Source: Octopus bimaculoides
Taxonomy: Eukaryota
Direction: 5' to 3'
Assembly: GCF_001194135.2 (NCBI RefSeq)
Contig: NC_068990.1
Coordinates: 7,452,627 to 7,516,626 of the forward strand
DNA: 64,000 nucleotides
In this document: in pieces, positions 1 to 14,567 of the stretch
Layout of the letters: every line of letters begins with the position of its first letter
How positions within the stretch are numbered: the first letter of the stretch is position 1
Program-made: the position numbers and the translations under genes
The notes under the pieces: model-generated
Database searches by the model: none
The model's input: only the letters and a program-made list of their open reading frames with translations
What the model was told of the DNA's origin: nothing

Positions 1-1048
1 TCCTTTCATTTTATGTCTCACGCACTGTTTTTTTTCCTTTCTGGTTGGTAAAAAACAGTATTAACATCTACCGAATTATTGTAATCTAGCCACTATGCGA
101 AAGTTCTTTACTCATTCTAATCAATAATGGTGATCTTATCTTTGACAACAAAAACAGAAACAGAACGCAAGCAATATTACGGCGCAAAAATTTACGAACA
201 TTCGATACACGTTCACTTAATAACATATTATTACCGACGTTGGTTTTATTTCATTTCCTTCCTCTATGATTTCTACACTATAAGTGGTCTATTAATAATG
301 ACAGTTATTACAGATCTATAAAAAAAGAAAAACAAGAATCTTCTTTGAAGTGGGATTATTCCCAATTGCAGCGGTAGTAACCTCCATCTCTTCGCATTTT
401 CTCTTCCTCCTGTTTTTATTTTTCTACTTTTTCCTCAATTTTTTTTTCTCATCATCAGTAACATAACAACAACATTAGTAATAAAAAGAAGAGCGCACAG
501 TATACGACCTGATTTTATATCAATGATAGCTTTCAGGTAGCATATGAACATCACACTCTTTCTTTTTTCGGTGACAAATATAATCGAATATCCGTGTGAT
601 TACTATAGAAAATAAACTGTTTGTAAGTCAAGTTCGTGACAGAGGTTCAATTTCGGATTAGATCCAGTTTACTGGGTATATTTCTAATTGATATAACCCT
701 AATCACTAATAATCTTCTATGTAATTAATAAAATTTAGTAAGTAATTGAAGAAAGTGGAGCAGATGAGTAGTATGTTTCTGCCAGGCCGAAACTGCAACA
801 ACAAAACTCGTCATTAAGAGTCTACTACTATAGTAAAGGCTTAATCTTTATTTACGTTCTCTTTTATCTACGTAAATCTACCGGAAGATGTCACGGTTTT
901 CTGCTGACCGTTTCCGTTTACTTAGTCTTAAAGCGTTAACAAACAACTCTTCATTTCAAAAGCGTGTATGTATGTATATATATATGTACATACACGCTAA
1001 TGAAATGAAGAGGTGCGCATACATGCGCACACACACATACATATACAT

Positions 1049-1108
<60 letters not shown>

Positions 1109-2048
1109 TGACTTAATGTTTTATGGTTTACGTGTTTATACATTGTAAACATTTATATGGTCAATACGCGCTTGTGGAGGAAATGTATGGAATAGTTACA
1201 TGTGTGTGTAAGTAACTAGAAAATTAAATCTATACCGTACATTCAAGTAGATATCGACAGAAGGTGACTAGCCACCTCAAGGTTACATGCGCGAATGAAC
1301 AGTATGGATTTATTCATATCGTTGCCTACATAAACAGAAACAAAAACACGCACAGACATGTAAGACACACACACACATACACCTACGCCCGCCGGCGCTC
1401 ATTATCTATCTTTTCATCTCCCCTTCTCTTTATATATGCACATTATATATATATATATATATANNNNNNNNNNNNNNNNNNNNNNNNNNNNNNNNNNNNN
1501 NNNNNNNNNNNNNNNNNNNNNNNNNNNNNNNNNNNNNNNNNNNNNNNNNNNNNNNNNNNNNNNNNNNNNNNNNNNNNNNNNNNNNNNNNNNNNNNNNNNN
1601 NNNNNNNNNNNNNNNNNNNNNNNNNNNNNNNNNNNNNNNNNNNNNNNNNNNNNNNNNNNNNNNNNNNNNNNNNNNNNNNNNNNNNNNNNNNNNNNNNNNN
1701 NNNNNNNNNNNNNNNNNNNNNNNNNNNNNNNNNNNNNNNNNNNNNNNNNNNNNNNNNNNNNNNNNNNNNNNNNNNNNNNNNNNNNNNNNNNNNAAATAAA
1801 TTGATATATCTACAAACCTACTTTCCAAACTCGGCCGGTTTTGAGTGATAAATATTACAGTGCTTATCTCAAGCGAGTGGTCACGTATTTCATATCTGGT
1901 GATCCTTAAATGCTCATTGGTTTGAAAATGTGGATGAATAGAAAGCATTTGTTTAAAAATAACTGTCACATTGAGAGAATACAACAAACGGATTGGCCTA
2001 TGTTTCGAGGGAACTGCACGTTTCTGTTATAAAACTACAACTATTGTA

Positions 2049-2091
<43 letters not shown>

Positions 2092-2233
2092 TTATATTAC
2101 TAGGTTGATTTAGTAATAGTGTTACTCCTCACTGCAGTAATTAATCTATTACCATTGTAATTTTGAAGTGTATTGCGAATGTTGATAACATCATTAATTG
2201 TACTTACACTTCCACTCGTTATAGAATTTTACC

Positions 2234-2480
2234 ATGTAAAAGGTGCTGGTGCCACGTAAAATGCACTGGTGATGACGCCGCATAAAAAGCACTGGTGATA
2301 GTGCCACGAAAAAAGCGCCTAGTATAATTTGCAGTGTGGTTGATGTTCGGGAGGGCATCCAGCCGTACAGACCAAACCAAAACAGACTATGGAATCTGGC
2401 ACGGCCCCTGACCTTTCCAGTTACTGTCAAGCCGTCCAACCCTTGTCAGCATGGAAAGTGAACGTTACATGATGTTGATG
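2234..2480 (+). mobile_element. SINE 3' part with internal tandem units and an aggaagggcatccagccgta-type core
   Basis: Three to four copies of a gtaaaaagcactggtg..gccac unit, then gggagggcatccagccgta, ending ccgtccaacccttgtcagcatggaaagtgaacgttacatgatg. Recognised from memory as a metazoan SINE core and tail; family not verified. Confidence 0.6.
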
Positions 2481-4024
2481 TTTTATGTGTGTGCGGGTGT
2501 GTATATGAAATGGTTGGTTTCCTGGATTCTTAGCTTGGAATCGGAACCTTAGGCTACATTTTTTTGTAAGTTTCTTTCCGTTGTTCTTGGCATTCGTACT
2601 TGGAAATTTACGAGAATCAATTGTCATACTGCTTTCAAATAAGATAAGCCCTATTCTTTTGTTCAACATCTTTGGTAAAATCTAGTTCCATTCTTTGTTT
2701 TCCTGACTATTATCAGCTTTCGAACATGAACATACAGAACCCAAACAGATTTCTTCCTATCTTTCTGTTCGACTCTAAGCCGGAGAAAAATGCCTCTCTT
2801 TTACACAATATTTGATAAAATTAATATGTCTCTCTTTTTTACCCGGAACGTGGCTGGTGGTACATGTGGTGTGCCTTTTCAGCAAAAATGTTGCTAAAAA
2901 TGAACAAAAAAATTATTTTTAAATATGTTAAAATTGGAATCTTAAAGATTTTTCTGTCAGTTTAGATGCTTGTTTAGAGTTTTGATCATGTACATAAATA
3001 TATTTACATTAGCATCATTACAATAATAATTTAGAAGGCAATAGTTTGATTTACATTTTATTAAAATACTTGTGTTTTAAAATTGTAATGAAAATTCTAT
3101 TTTATAAATGACAGTTTTGAATGAATTAAACAATTATGTGAACTGAATAAAAACGACATCAATGTTTATTGAAACATTACATCTTAAATTTTCATATTTC
3201 CATGGAATATTCGAATTTACACTGGCGAACCGTTTCTGACACGTTAATCTTCGAGCAAACCTGCCTACCCATGGACTCCAATCGTCTTCCGCATTTTATA
3301 TCAGGGAATTCCTTTCTCATCACAGCATCACTATTTTGTTTGATCAACACTCTGGCATTTCTGGTGTGTCTTAAATTTCCGTTTGTCCCCCGCCACACTA
3401 TATATTCTTCCTCCTATACAACAACAACCTACGTGTTTCTTTATCTTTTCTTTGCTCAAGGAAGGCCCATAGGCTAGTTTAGATGTATAATTTCTAGGCA
3501 AAAGTATGTGACATTATTGTTATAAGCTCTCCATATTAATGTATATTTAAGATGATAAATAAAGGTAATAAAATAATGAAGGATTGAAATACGCTAAGAT
3601 AAGAACTGATAGGATGTCAATAAAGAAGATAATGAAACGAAGCTAACAATTGATGAAAATATAATGAAAATATGAAAATGAAACAAGCGTATAAACAAGC
3701 GTATAACCTATTATACACTACGGAAAAAATCACTATTTCCTATTCACAGACCAGATGTTCTGGAAAAACGCATTTTGCATGAAACTTGCAGCAAATCCTA
3801 AGATATTCAGGAAGCCTCTTGTCTCTACAGAATATACGAACTATATATTTCTCATTTTCTCAACGTTGCGCATACTAGAGACAGCATGTATGCTTCAAAT
3901 TCTTACCATTCGAGGAATATATACGAGGGCTTGTTGAAAATTGTTATCTGTTAGTTAAGTTATACAAGCGTTAAACAATAAAGTTGACATCTCTCCCTCT
4001 CTCTGTCTCTGTCTCTCCCTCTGC

Positions 4025-4079
<55 letters not shown>

Positions 4080-4133
4080 GATCTATCTATCTATCTATCC
4101 AAGTGTAACAGGTTATATATATANNNNNNNNNN

Positions 4134-4587
4134 CGACTTATGACCTATCCTACTTACGACCGATCGACCTTACGACGATTGGCGCACCAGTTTCCGGCAG
4201 CAATAATAAATAGCACAGTTGAAATCTAATGGGTTTAATTTCTTAGAAATTAACCTGTCTACGAATGACGTCAGCAAACAAACGACATCGACGATCCACA
4301 GCCAAACACCAGTCTACAATAAATTTTTACGTACGTTTTGCAACTATTTCTTACACTACATTGTGTATTTCTTGTATTTGCATTCTCTGGTACTTTTCTA
4401 TGTACAAATAACACTGTTGTAGTATAATACACAATGCTGTGTGTGACTTTTACCTCCTGAGAACGTACCTTAACAATGTAAAAATATAAAACAAAGCTAT
4501 ATAGGCCTCTAGGTCGCCTTATGACCAAATCGACTTACGAACAGTCAGTCAGAAGCAATTGTGGTCGTAAGTCGATGACAATCTGTG
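4134..4587. mobile_element. Non-autonomous pogo/Tigger-type DNA transposon (MITE)
   Basis: Repeated CGACTTA(C/T)GAC subterminal motifs at 4134-4177 and 4516-4540 and an inverted copy gtcgtaagtcg at 4564-4574. Right end gatgacaatctgtg followed by TA; left end lost in a 10-N gap. Confidence 0.7.
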
Positions 4588-5786
4588 TATATATATATAT
4601 ATATACACCTATAAAGACTGCATTAAATAATATTGCAGAATGTTCAATGGCAACAAAATGCAAATTCCTTAAAATATCCAGCGTCGCTCAATCAATGACA
4701 TATCAAAACATCGTGAAGGAAATGCTGCACTGAAATATTTCGAGAACCCTACGTAACATTTGCTCAATAAATATAAATTGAGAACTAAAAATATAAGTGA
4801 TTCATTCATGCAAAATATTCTTGTTTACCGAGAAATCCTGAAAAAAAAAGCTGTTACGTTACAGTGAAACATTAACACAGTCTTTCATATGCTCATACGT
4901 CTGTTCTGCGAAACTAAACAGAAAATCCCTTGAAGTATAAATGGTGACGAAATGGGAAATTGTGTGTATAAAGGAGGAGAAATAAAGACAAATAAAGATA
5001 AGTGAGCTGCATATTACCTCAAATAATCTCAGAAAGATTTCGGGCAACACAAATACACACACTCGCCCACATATTCATAAGCTTATGCGAATATAAACGC
5101 TCAAACACCGACGTGCATATAGACACAAACATACATGGTCTTCCTATGATCGCCCTCGTTTCATTTTCATTGAAGAATATTAGTATCCAGCTTGTGTGAA
5201 TACCTGCTTGTATGAATGTAATTACACAGCTTCGCCACCTCCAAAGTATTTTAAGAAGCCTCTTTCCACATCTGTGGCTTAGTTTATTTACAGAAAATTA
5301 TGTTGTGGTGTTTCTTCTCGCGTACAACAACTCTCATATGTCCGTAGACATAATGCACACACAAACACATATATACACACACGCACATATATATACACAC
5401 AAGCAGACATACACACGCATACTCAGACACACAGGCACACATGCACATACACTGATGCACACATAATGTATGTATATATATATATATATATATANNNNNN
5501 NNNNNNNNNNNNNNNNNNNNNNNNNNNNNNNNNNNNNNNNNNNNNNNNNNNNNNNNNNNNNNNNNNNNNNNNNNNNNNNNNNNNNNNNNNNNNNNNNNNN
5601 NNNNNNNNNNNNNNNNNNNNNNNNNNNNNNNNNNNNNNNNNNACAAACACATGAACATATATATAATCTGCAATAGATTTATGTATGATGTTTATATAAT
5701 AGACATGCATGTATGTATGAATGTATGCATGTATGTGTGTGTACACACACAAACACACAAACACACAAACACACACACGCACGCAC

Positions 5787-5852
<66 letters not shown>

Positions 5853-6371
5853 CCATGCATAGGTAGAGTAACATATAATAGAAACTGTGCGTCTGTCGTT
5901 AATCTGCATACAAAGTAATATGCAATAAAAAAAAAGCAGAATAAATCAAAATTGAAAATTGATGCTGATGTGCAGAAAAGCGTATTGACAACTCACTGGA
6001 GCTGAACATGTTTTGCCGTATTTCTGTAAATATGTGAACGATCAGTGTAAGTAGTACAGTTGCTTAGTAACCGTGACTTAGTGATATAGAAACAAAATGT
6101 GTTTAGAAATCCCCTATAGCCAACGATGTCAGTGAAGTTATTGTTGATTGCTTCACGTAAACCGAATTGATCAACAGGATCTATATTTCAAATATTTCAA
6201 TGGTTCGGAGAATGTTTATAGTATGTTTTTAAAAAATCATTCTTGTTGTTATCGTTGCTACATTGTCATTTGTACGACATGGATCAGAATGAAATATTTT
6301 TTTTCTATATTGAACCGCGATCCCCACAAAAAAAATTGAGAAGGAAACTAAATGAATAAGTAAGATCTTAC

Positions 6372-6558
6372 CTCTGACTTTTTCTTTTGCTGATTCATCC
6401 AAGATGGTTGTACTATGGACTTTTGAGTTCTTGTCGAGCAGTTCTATACACTGGTTGATGTTAACTTTTTTGCCCACACATTGGATGAACACGTCAAACT
6501 TTGAGCCTGCTTGCTTAGAAACTCTTGTTTCTATGTGCATCACTTGAAGTTTCGTTGA
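6372..6558 (-). CDS. TH: Tyrosine hydroxylase, next coding exon (ACT domain: HIETR...FDVFIQC)
   Basis: Acceptor ttttgttttgaatag|TCA, donor AGAG|gtaaga, 187 nt, phase 0-1. Translation: STKLQVMHIETRVSKQAGSKFDVFIQCVGKKVNINQCIELLDKNSKVHSTTILDESAKEKVR. It joins in frame after KVFE to give KVFE-x6-HIETR, the aromatic amino-acid hydroxylase ACT signature (mammalian TH KVFETFEAKIHHLETR). Confidence 0.93.
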
Positions 6559-6880
6559 CTATTCAAAACAAAAAAAAAAAATAAAAGAAGGAAAGAAAAA
6601 GACAACAAATTAAATAAATGCCAAAACAATCCAGGCTTTGATAAGTTCAGTTACTGCGTTCTTTAACTTGCAAGTTAAATTTTATAGTCGAATGAAATCG
6701 TAATTGTTTTTAAAACTGGAAATGATATCGATGTTTATTTATACAACGTAGTAAATATATGTGAAACTCATTGCCTATAGTGTGAGCCTTGTTTATGCTT
6801 CACTATTCCTCCCATTCAGTTTATACGTAGACTACCTCTGCGATATTTTCTGTATATTAATTGAAACCTGACGTAGATTA

Positions 6881-7012
6881 TTACTCTTTTACTTGTTTCA
6901 GTCATTTGACTGCGGCTATGCTGGAGCACCGCCTTTAGTCCAGCAAATCGACCCCAGGACTTATTCTTTGTAAGCCTAGTACTCGTTCTATCGGTTGTCA
7001 AGCGATGTTGGG

Positions 7013-7051
<39 letters not shown>

Positions 7052-7177
7052 CATATATACGACAGACTTCTTTCAGTTTCCGTCTACCAAATCCACTCAC
7101 AAGGCTTTGGTCGGTCCGAGGCTATAGCAGAAGACACTTGCCCAAGGTGCCACGCAGTGGGACTGAACCCGGAACCA
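6881..7177 (-). mobile_element. tRNA-derived SINE, family A (CORE-like), internally deleted
   Basis: Reverse complement has a B-box GGTTCAGTCCC followed by ggcaccttgggcaagtgtcttc, and a central (CA)/(TA) microsatellite. Homologous to at least 8 other copies in the window. Resembles octopus tRNA-derived SINEs (OK/OR1/OR2 type; exact family not assigned). Confidence 0.9.
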
Positions 7178-7773
7178 ACAGAAACAGGATTAACTCCTTC
7201 CTAAGAGCGATACCACAATACTGTTGAAATTATGAAAATACTCCTCAGTAAATGATGCTGCTATTATAGTAATTATGTCGATCAATTCATAATTCAAGTG
7301 ATATTAATATTTCTGCTGTAAGTGTTCAATTCGATATCAAACCCCATATACTAGTGGGATAGAATATTCTTGTGTATTAACTGCACTGACTGTTCAATAT
7401 CTCAATTTGACGTTTTAGAAGTTATTTACAATGACAAAGTATAGAAGTCCTCTCTAATTTTCACATTTATATCTTGTTTTTCTACCCACCACAAACTTCA
7501 GAAATTAGCCATTCAACGCAGTTACGACACTCGATTATTCTAGTCTTCTAAAAAATACGTGTAGGGTGCTTTAAATAAAACATCCATTTATAATGAAAAC
7601 ACAACTAATATTAATTAATTTATTTATGAGTTGCATAAATCAGCAACTCTCCCTTATATGGTTTCAAATTTGTATATATTCAGTTTCTTCTCCAGTTGTT
7701 AAAACGTGAAACATAATGACAAAATCAGGAAAGTTTCTTTCCTGACTCAATGAACAATTTGTAATGATCGCAT

Positions 7774-7984
7774 TGTCTGTGTTTGTTTTTGTGTTTGTCC
7801 CCACCGCCGCTTGACAACCGGTGCTGCTGTGTTTACGTTCCAGTAACTTAACGGTTTGGCAAAAGAAACCGATATAATAAATACCAAGCTCAGAAGAAAA
7901 TAAGTGCTAGGGTCGATTAGTTCGATTAAAATTCCTCAAGGTGGTATCCCAGCATGGCCGTAGTCTAATGACTGAAACAAGTAA
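7774..7984 (+). mobile_element. SINE family A, 3' half
   Basis: cgcttgacaaccggtg...ggtcgatt...cagcatggccgtagtctaatgactgaaacaagtaa is the reverse complement of the 6881-7010 segment. Confidence 0.85.
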
Positions 7985-10550
7985 TACATATATATATATC
8001 TATATATCTATATATTTCTGTGTGAGTTGGAGGTTAGGAAACCAACCAACTAAGGGATAGTACCTATCCAATATACTGCTGGTAGTGTGCCCAGTTATTC
8101 ATATCCAAGTGCTTTTTTATTGCGTGGTAATCTCGCAATTGAGTGTTATATATGGGCGAGGGTAAAAAGTGGTTTACCCTTAATTTATACGGCAAATAAG
8201 AAAATGGAGAGAATGCAAGAACGACATACACCAGCCGGTAGACTTGCTAGTATGCCTATTTATTCAAAAGTATTAGAAAGTATTTGAAGAATACATACAT
8301 ATGTAATAACTATGTGTTACATACACATGTACTACTAATATTACAGAAAAGAGCAAAAGAGTGAAAGATCAGATTGTCAGTAGTTTCTAGTTCCTTACGG
8401 CCGTTTCTGCCACGAGGCAACGAAATCCTCCATGTCATCTCCATGTCTTCAGTGTTCTGCATGTATGGGCAGATAAAGTTTGGATGATGAATGTGCCTCT
8501 AGGCTTCCTCAGAAGATCTAAGTGGTTGGGAGGGTTAATACATATAAGAAACAGTTAACAATAGGTACAGTGTGTTTGTCTTTTTGAAAGGGCAGAAAAA
8601 GAATAGGAGCAAGCATAAGGATGTTAGCGAAGCACAACTTATTAAAATCATTTGGGTATAGGAAAGGAAATAAGAAGGGGAATATCTGTGTGTATACACA
8701 CATACGTACATACATTCACATATACATACATATATACATACTACATATATTCATACATACATGCATGTCTATTATATGAACATCATACATGAATCTATTG
8801 TAGATTATATATATGTTTATGTATCTGTATATATATATATATATATATACATCTATATATATACATCTATATATATGTGTGTGTGACTAAATATCTAAGA
8901 ACAAATGAAACTCAACAACAAATTGCAATTAGGCAATAGAATGCCTGTTCATTAAAGTAACTCACAAAGACACAAATGCATTAATCCAAAGGATTATCTA
9001 AAATGTCATATCGTGAAGATTTAATCGGACACTGAGTTTAGTGCAGAGACACATATTCAAGAACAGAAACGAAAGAAATCCGATTTCACTCAACCAGAAC
9101 ATCTATAGCTTGAAGGTGAACGGAATCGACAATACATATTCCTTGACTGAAACTTCTCTTAATGGAAACTTCTCTACGAAGCACACATTCTCTTTATAGT
9201 CTTTTCAAATGTTCAGAAAAAAAAAACACGTTGTATTGAAGGCAAGATAAAAGAAAAGGTTATCTTAGCGGAAATCTTCAAATAATATATGGAATAGAAC
9301 CCCATATTCAGTAGGAAATGACAACTTGATTTAATTATAAGCTGTTATACTTTCAAATATAAGCAGGCGGGTAAATTACTATTGCGCTTGATAATATTTT
9401 GAACCTTACAAAGTGTAAGTAGACATGATGTACATTTGAATATGTGTGCATACATACATTTATATATATGTTCTTTAATGTATAGCGGCAGCGTAAACAA
9501 ACTATGAAATAACAGTCTGTCTGTCTTTCTATCGCGTATCTACTACTTCTGTCCTCGTCTGTACGTGTTTCTGTTTGTTTGTGATTGCGTGTTTCTATGC
9601 GCCTCTCTTTCCTCACATTTTCTTCGTTTACAACGTATTGGCTGTTGTATTTTCGTGTTTATTTTCTTCTACATTTATTTATTTATTTGGGTTTTTTTAT
9701 GGTTTTTATATAACTTTTATTGTATAAATTCTTTTATGTGTTTTCTACCTTACAATTACCTTTTCTGAAAGAATTTATTATTTTTTTTAGAGTTTATTTA
9801 TTTGAAATTTCTGTCTTCCAATGTAGTGGTGCATATTGTTATTGCTACCGAAACAATTGTAAAAATATGAAATTTTTAAATAAATATTTCTTTCTCGTAT
9901 TACATAATCTGGATCAGGCAACCAATAAACTCAGCCATAGGGCAACGTATATATAGCATGAGCTACTTTTCTAGCTGGAATTTTCGTATTGTAATAGAAC
10001 ATAGTGAGCTCTAATCAAATCCTTAGATGTTTGTTATTTAGACACATATTATTATTATATTATATTATATCACATGTGTGTACTTGTGTGCGCGCGCCTA
10101 AGTATGAATGCATAATAGAATAAAAGTATAAAGTGGCAAACAACTGGTATCAGTTCAGATTGCGACGTTTATACATTTATACATCGACACAACATGTAGA
10201 TATAACTAAAGGCTAAATGTTACAGGTGGTCGATAGGTGATCAGTTGAGGAATGCTCATAATGGTTTAAGTATATGCTGGTATTTTCCCTGAGTAGCTAT
10301 GTGGTAAGACCAAATTATTGGTATTAGGTTAAATTGGTCATCCTAGGTGGAATCCAGCTTTGAATTTTATATATATATGCCTCTGTGTGTGTATATGTAT
10401 ATATNNNNNNNNNNNNNNNNNNNNNNNNNNNNNNNNNNNNNNNNNNNNNNNNNNNNNNNNNNNNNNNNNNNNNNNNNNNNNNNNNNNNNNNNNNNNNNNN
10501 NNNNNNNNNNNNNNNNNNNNNNNNNNNNNNNNNNNNNNNNNNNNNNNNNN

Positions 10551-10602
<52 letters not shown>

Positions 10603-12391
10603 CGTGTGTGAGTACGTGTGTGTCTCTGTCTGTGTGTATGTTGACAGAGAGATAAATAGACAGATTACGTCAACGGGTAAGATTTGAAATAAGACCGAAG
10701 AAACAGGACATATCTTCCTACAAGAATTAAATCAGGTATTTATCGTATCCAGGCCGACATCTAATCGATGACAGAAGGGAAGTTCTAATGAATTAATTTG
10801 TCGAATTATCATTTATAAACATTTAACAACATCGCGTCACCTCCCCCACTTGAGACTGACACATCGTCTAACTAACGATATGTTAAATTCCATTTTGTCT
10901 TAGCCTGTGCACGTAAATGTCATACATATAATTTGCGTTTATATTTTTAGTCGTTCACTTTATAGTTAATTACTATTCATAATCTTTGAGTTTGCTCTGA
11001 TCATAAGCAATGAATTTTCAGTGTAATACCGAGCTGTGCTTAACAGAACTGTTGTTGGTGGTTGAGAGTCTACCAAATTATCTATTATTTTCATGTAATA
11101 AAGGGTGATTACCAGCTCACGGTTCGATTGTGACTCACGAGCTGTGTATTATGACTAGTGTGCAAAACCCTCCCTCACACAAGTCATTCACAACCCATTA
11201 CGCATCTTTCTGAGCGTTGCACGCAAATGTTTATGTGTGTCAGCATGTTTGAATAGCAGTGAATTTCGTTATACTTTCATGAATAACAACTATAAACTCT
11301 ATATCATCATGTACACTTCAAGATCTCTTCAATGGAATTATGTATGAATCTCACTTTCGTACCACATTCTCCTTTCTCTTCCCCATTTTTTCTGCATAAT
11401 TTTTCTCTCTCTTCTAAGTCTATACATAATTCAATTTTGACACTACCATACGCTGTAGGTCTTTAGTTCACCACCTTCTCTCACATCAAATCTCTCTCTC
11501 TCTCTCTCATTCGCTCTTTCTCTCCCTCTCTCTTTCTCTCTCTCTTTTTCTTCTCTCTCTCTTTTTCTTCTCTCTCTCACATACACATATATACTTTCTC
11601 TCTTTTTAAGCACTTTCTTTCTTCACTTGATCTCCAAATTACAATATTTCATTTCTATCGCTTTCCCCTTTTCCTCTCTGCTTCACGAAATCCCAATCTC
11701 CCATATCTTCATTTATTTCTTTTTATCTCATCCAAACTTTCTTTTTCTCTGCTTGTCTCTCTTCATCTCCATCCTTTCTTCACTCTGTTTCTCACTACCT
11801 TGCACATCCTATTACTCTATCTCCCTTTCTCTCTCTCCTTTTCTCTCTTTCTCTCTCTCCTTTTCTCTCTTTCTCNNNNNNNNNNNNNNNNNNNNNNNNN
11901 NNNNNNNNNNNNNNNNNNNNNNNNNNNNNNNNNNNNNNNNNNNNNNNNNNNNNNNNNNNNNNNNNNNNNNNNNNNNNNNNNNNNNNNNNNNNNNNNNNNN
12001 NNNNNNNNNNNNNNNNNNNNNNNNNNNNNNNNNNNNNNNNNNNNNNNNNNNNNNNNNNNNNNNNNNNNNNNNNNNNNNNNNNNNNNNNNNNNNNNNNNNN
12101 NNNNNNNNNNNNNNNNNNNNNNNNNNNNNNNNNNNNNNNNNNNNNNNNNNNNNNNNNNNNNNNNNNNNNNNNNNNNNNNNNNNNNNNNNNNNNNNNNNNN
12201 AATAGAATATAAGTTGTGTGTATGATAAAAAAATAATCCTTAACAAATTGACTTTGTAAGAGATGTAGTTGTAGAGTATGAGAGAGAAAAAAATGACAGA
12301 ATGAAAGGTAAAACGCAAAACAACAAAAACAAAAGAAGATAAAAACGAAAACAATATGTCTGTGTGAGCGTGTCTATGTGTGTGTGCGTAT

Positions 12392-12443
<52 letters not shown>

Positions 12444-14480
12444 TCACACATATATGCATTTATATATAGGCCGACAGATTAAAGATACACATATGCCGCA
12501 CACACTCACACATATGTTTCCATTTCCATTCGCTTCTTAACTTTCACGGTATTTTTTTCTCTCTCCCCCCATCTATATCGGCTACAACCTCATCTGCTTT
12601 GTTTATTTGTAAGTTTTTATTATCGCACACGGCACTAGAATCCTTTTCATGTGAAATGTCAAGTACACATATCAAAGCATGAAGATTCTTTAATTTACAA
12701 TACTTGTCATGTCGCGTGTGGGACCCTGAACACTAAGACTAGACGAAAGCAAATAGTGATTTTCAACTTTTCGTGTTCATTGACAATATTATCAACAAGA
12801 TACGTTGATCTCAATCAACAAGAGCATCAACAACACTAACAAAAACATATAGTAAGTTCTAACAAAGAAAAATGATAAAAAAATAAATGTTGCTGCACCA
12901 ACAAAATAACAATAACACCACCTACTCCTACAATAATAACATCAACAATATTACTAATGTAGAAATAAAAAAGAAAAGATAATAGATGTAAGGACTATGA
13001 AACCACTACTACGAAAATCAACACAAACCATATGATAATTATTAGAAATTAGTTGCAACTAAAACAAGGATTATAACGGAAATGCGGCAAGGAATACTAA
13101 AATTATGCATGCAACAAAACACTACTAATTTACTAAGAAAAGAAGGAACTTTTCCCAACAACAATAGCAGTATTATTGGGACTATTTACAAAAAAAAAGT
13201 CTTGTTGCAACACCATTAACACCTATACTAGACTAATAAACTTAAGCATTACGATATTAGTAGCAATAAAAAGCCTAAAAGCTAAAGAAGAGTCGCAGTG
13301 GTAATAACAACAATATTAATCAGTAATAATAGCTGTAATTTCAATGATAACAGAAATTAAACAAGAAAATGAATGCAATGTGTATATAACGTCAAAATTA
13401 AGACACGAATTAGAGGGAATACCTCGAGAAAAATAACAGAAAGAAAAAAAGAGAAAAAAATAACGAAATTCTTAACAATATTCTTCTGCTCCTCCTTCGT
13501 CTCATTATCATCCTCGGCAACAGCAGTAATCACTATCAGCTTCGCAACATCCACAATAGAGAGCTGAGTTACAACGAAAAAGACACCACATAGATGTACA
13601 ACGATGAAACAAAATTTTCTCCCAACATACACAATAATCGAGTGTAACGACAACAACAACAAGCGCAACAACGTCAGCAGTAGAGCAGTTACAGGAACTA
13701 CCACAACAACAACAATAAGGGCTATAGCAACAGTAACAATAACGGTAATAACCATAACAATGAGAGAGTGAATGCCTACAACTGCACGTCAAAGATGGAG
13801 AACAAGAAAGAAAATTCTAGATATATGCAACGTTATGAAGAAAATGAAAGCAGCCAGATCGAGAAATACCACCACGGACACAACAATAGTAACAACAGCA
13901 ACATGCATAATAAAAGTAGAACAAAGAAACAAAAAAACAAACACACAGGATTAACAACAGCGATTGGAAGATTTGTTACAATAGAAAATAAACAAATAGT
14001 ATTAATGCTTTAACGTGAACCACAGCAGCGTCAGTAAAACCCAACAACAGCAAGAGAAATAACTTCAACAGAAATAACAGTAAATGAATCTATGGTTGAT
14101 AACGCTGAAGTAGACCGTCTTCACCTATTTCAGAAAACGAAGCAAGAGTTGAGGATGAAGGGATGACCAGAGAAGGGGGTAGAATAAAATAAAATTACGA
14201 TTTATAACAGATTACCAATTCATGTGAGATAGGTATGGCCGCCGGTGAAGAAGCAGAGGCCATTAAGATGTCGTAAAAGAAAACTATGAGAGCATCGACA
14301 GAGTTTATGGTGATAAGAGTTGATAGAGAACATGTGAGAACTACAAATAATAACTTAGGGAGAGAGAGAGAAAGAGAGAGGGGGGAGAAAGAAAGAAAAA
14401 AAATTGAAAACAGGGCAAACAATAACAACAAAAACTTTCGTATTTACGAATAAATTTAAGCAAAACTTCTATACTTATCA

Positions 14481-14567
<87 letters not shown>

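Noticed and set aside
3922-3940. Lone mariner-TIR-like TA|CGAGGGCTTGTTGAAAA
   Set aside because: No partner end or internal sequence nearby; too short to call.
7140-7177. tRNA-like B-boxes here and at ~18915, ~39500 and ~54740 as tRNA genes
   Set aside because: They are SINE heads, lacking a complete cloverleaf or acceptor stem and continuing into repeat bodies.
8399-8456. Minus-strand exon-like segment (catgcag|...|gtaagg)
   Set aside because: 58 nt would shift the TH frame, the polypyrimidine tract is weak, and no recognisable peptide results.
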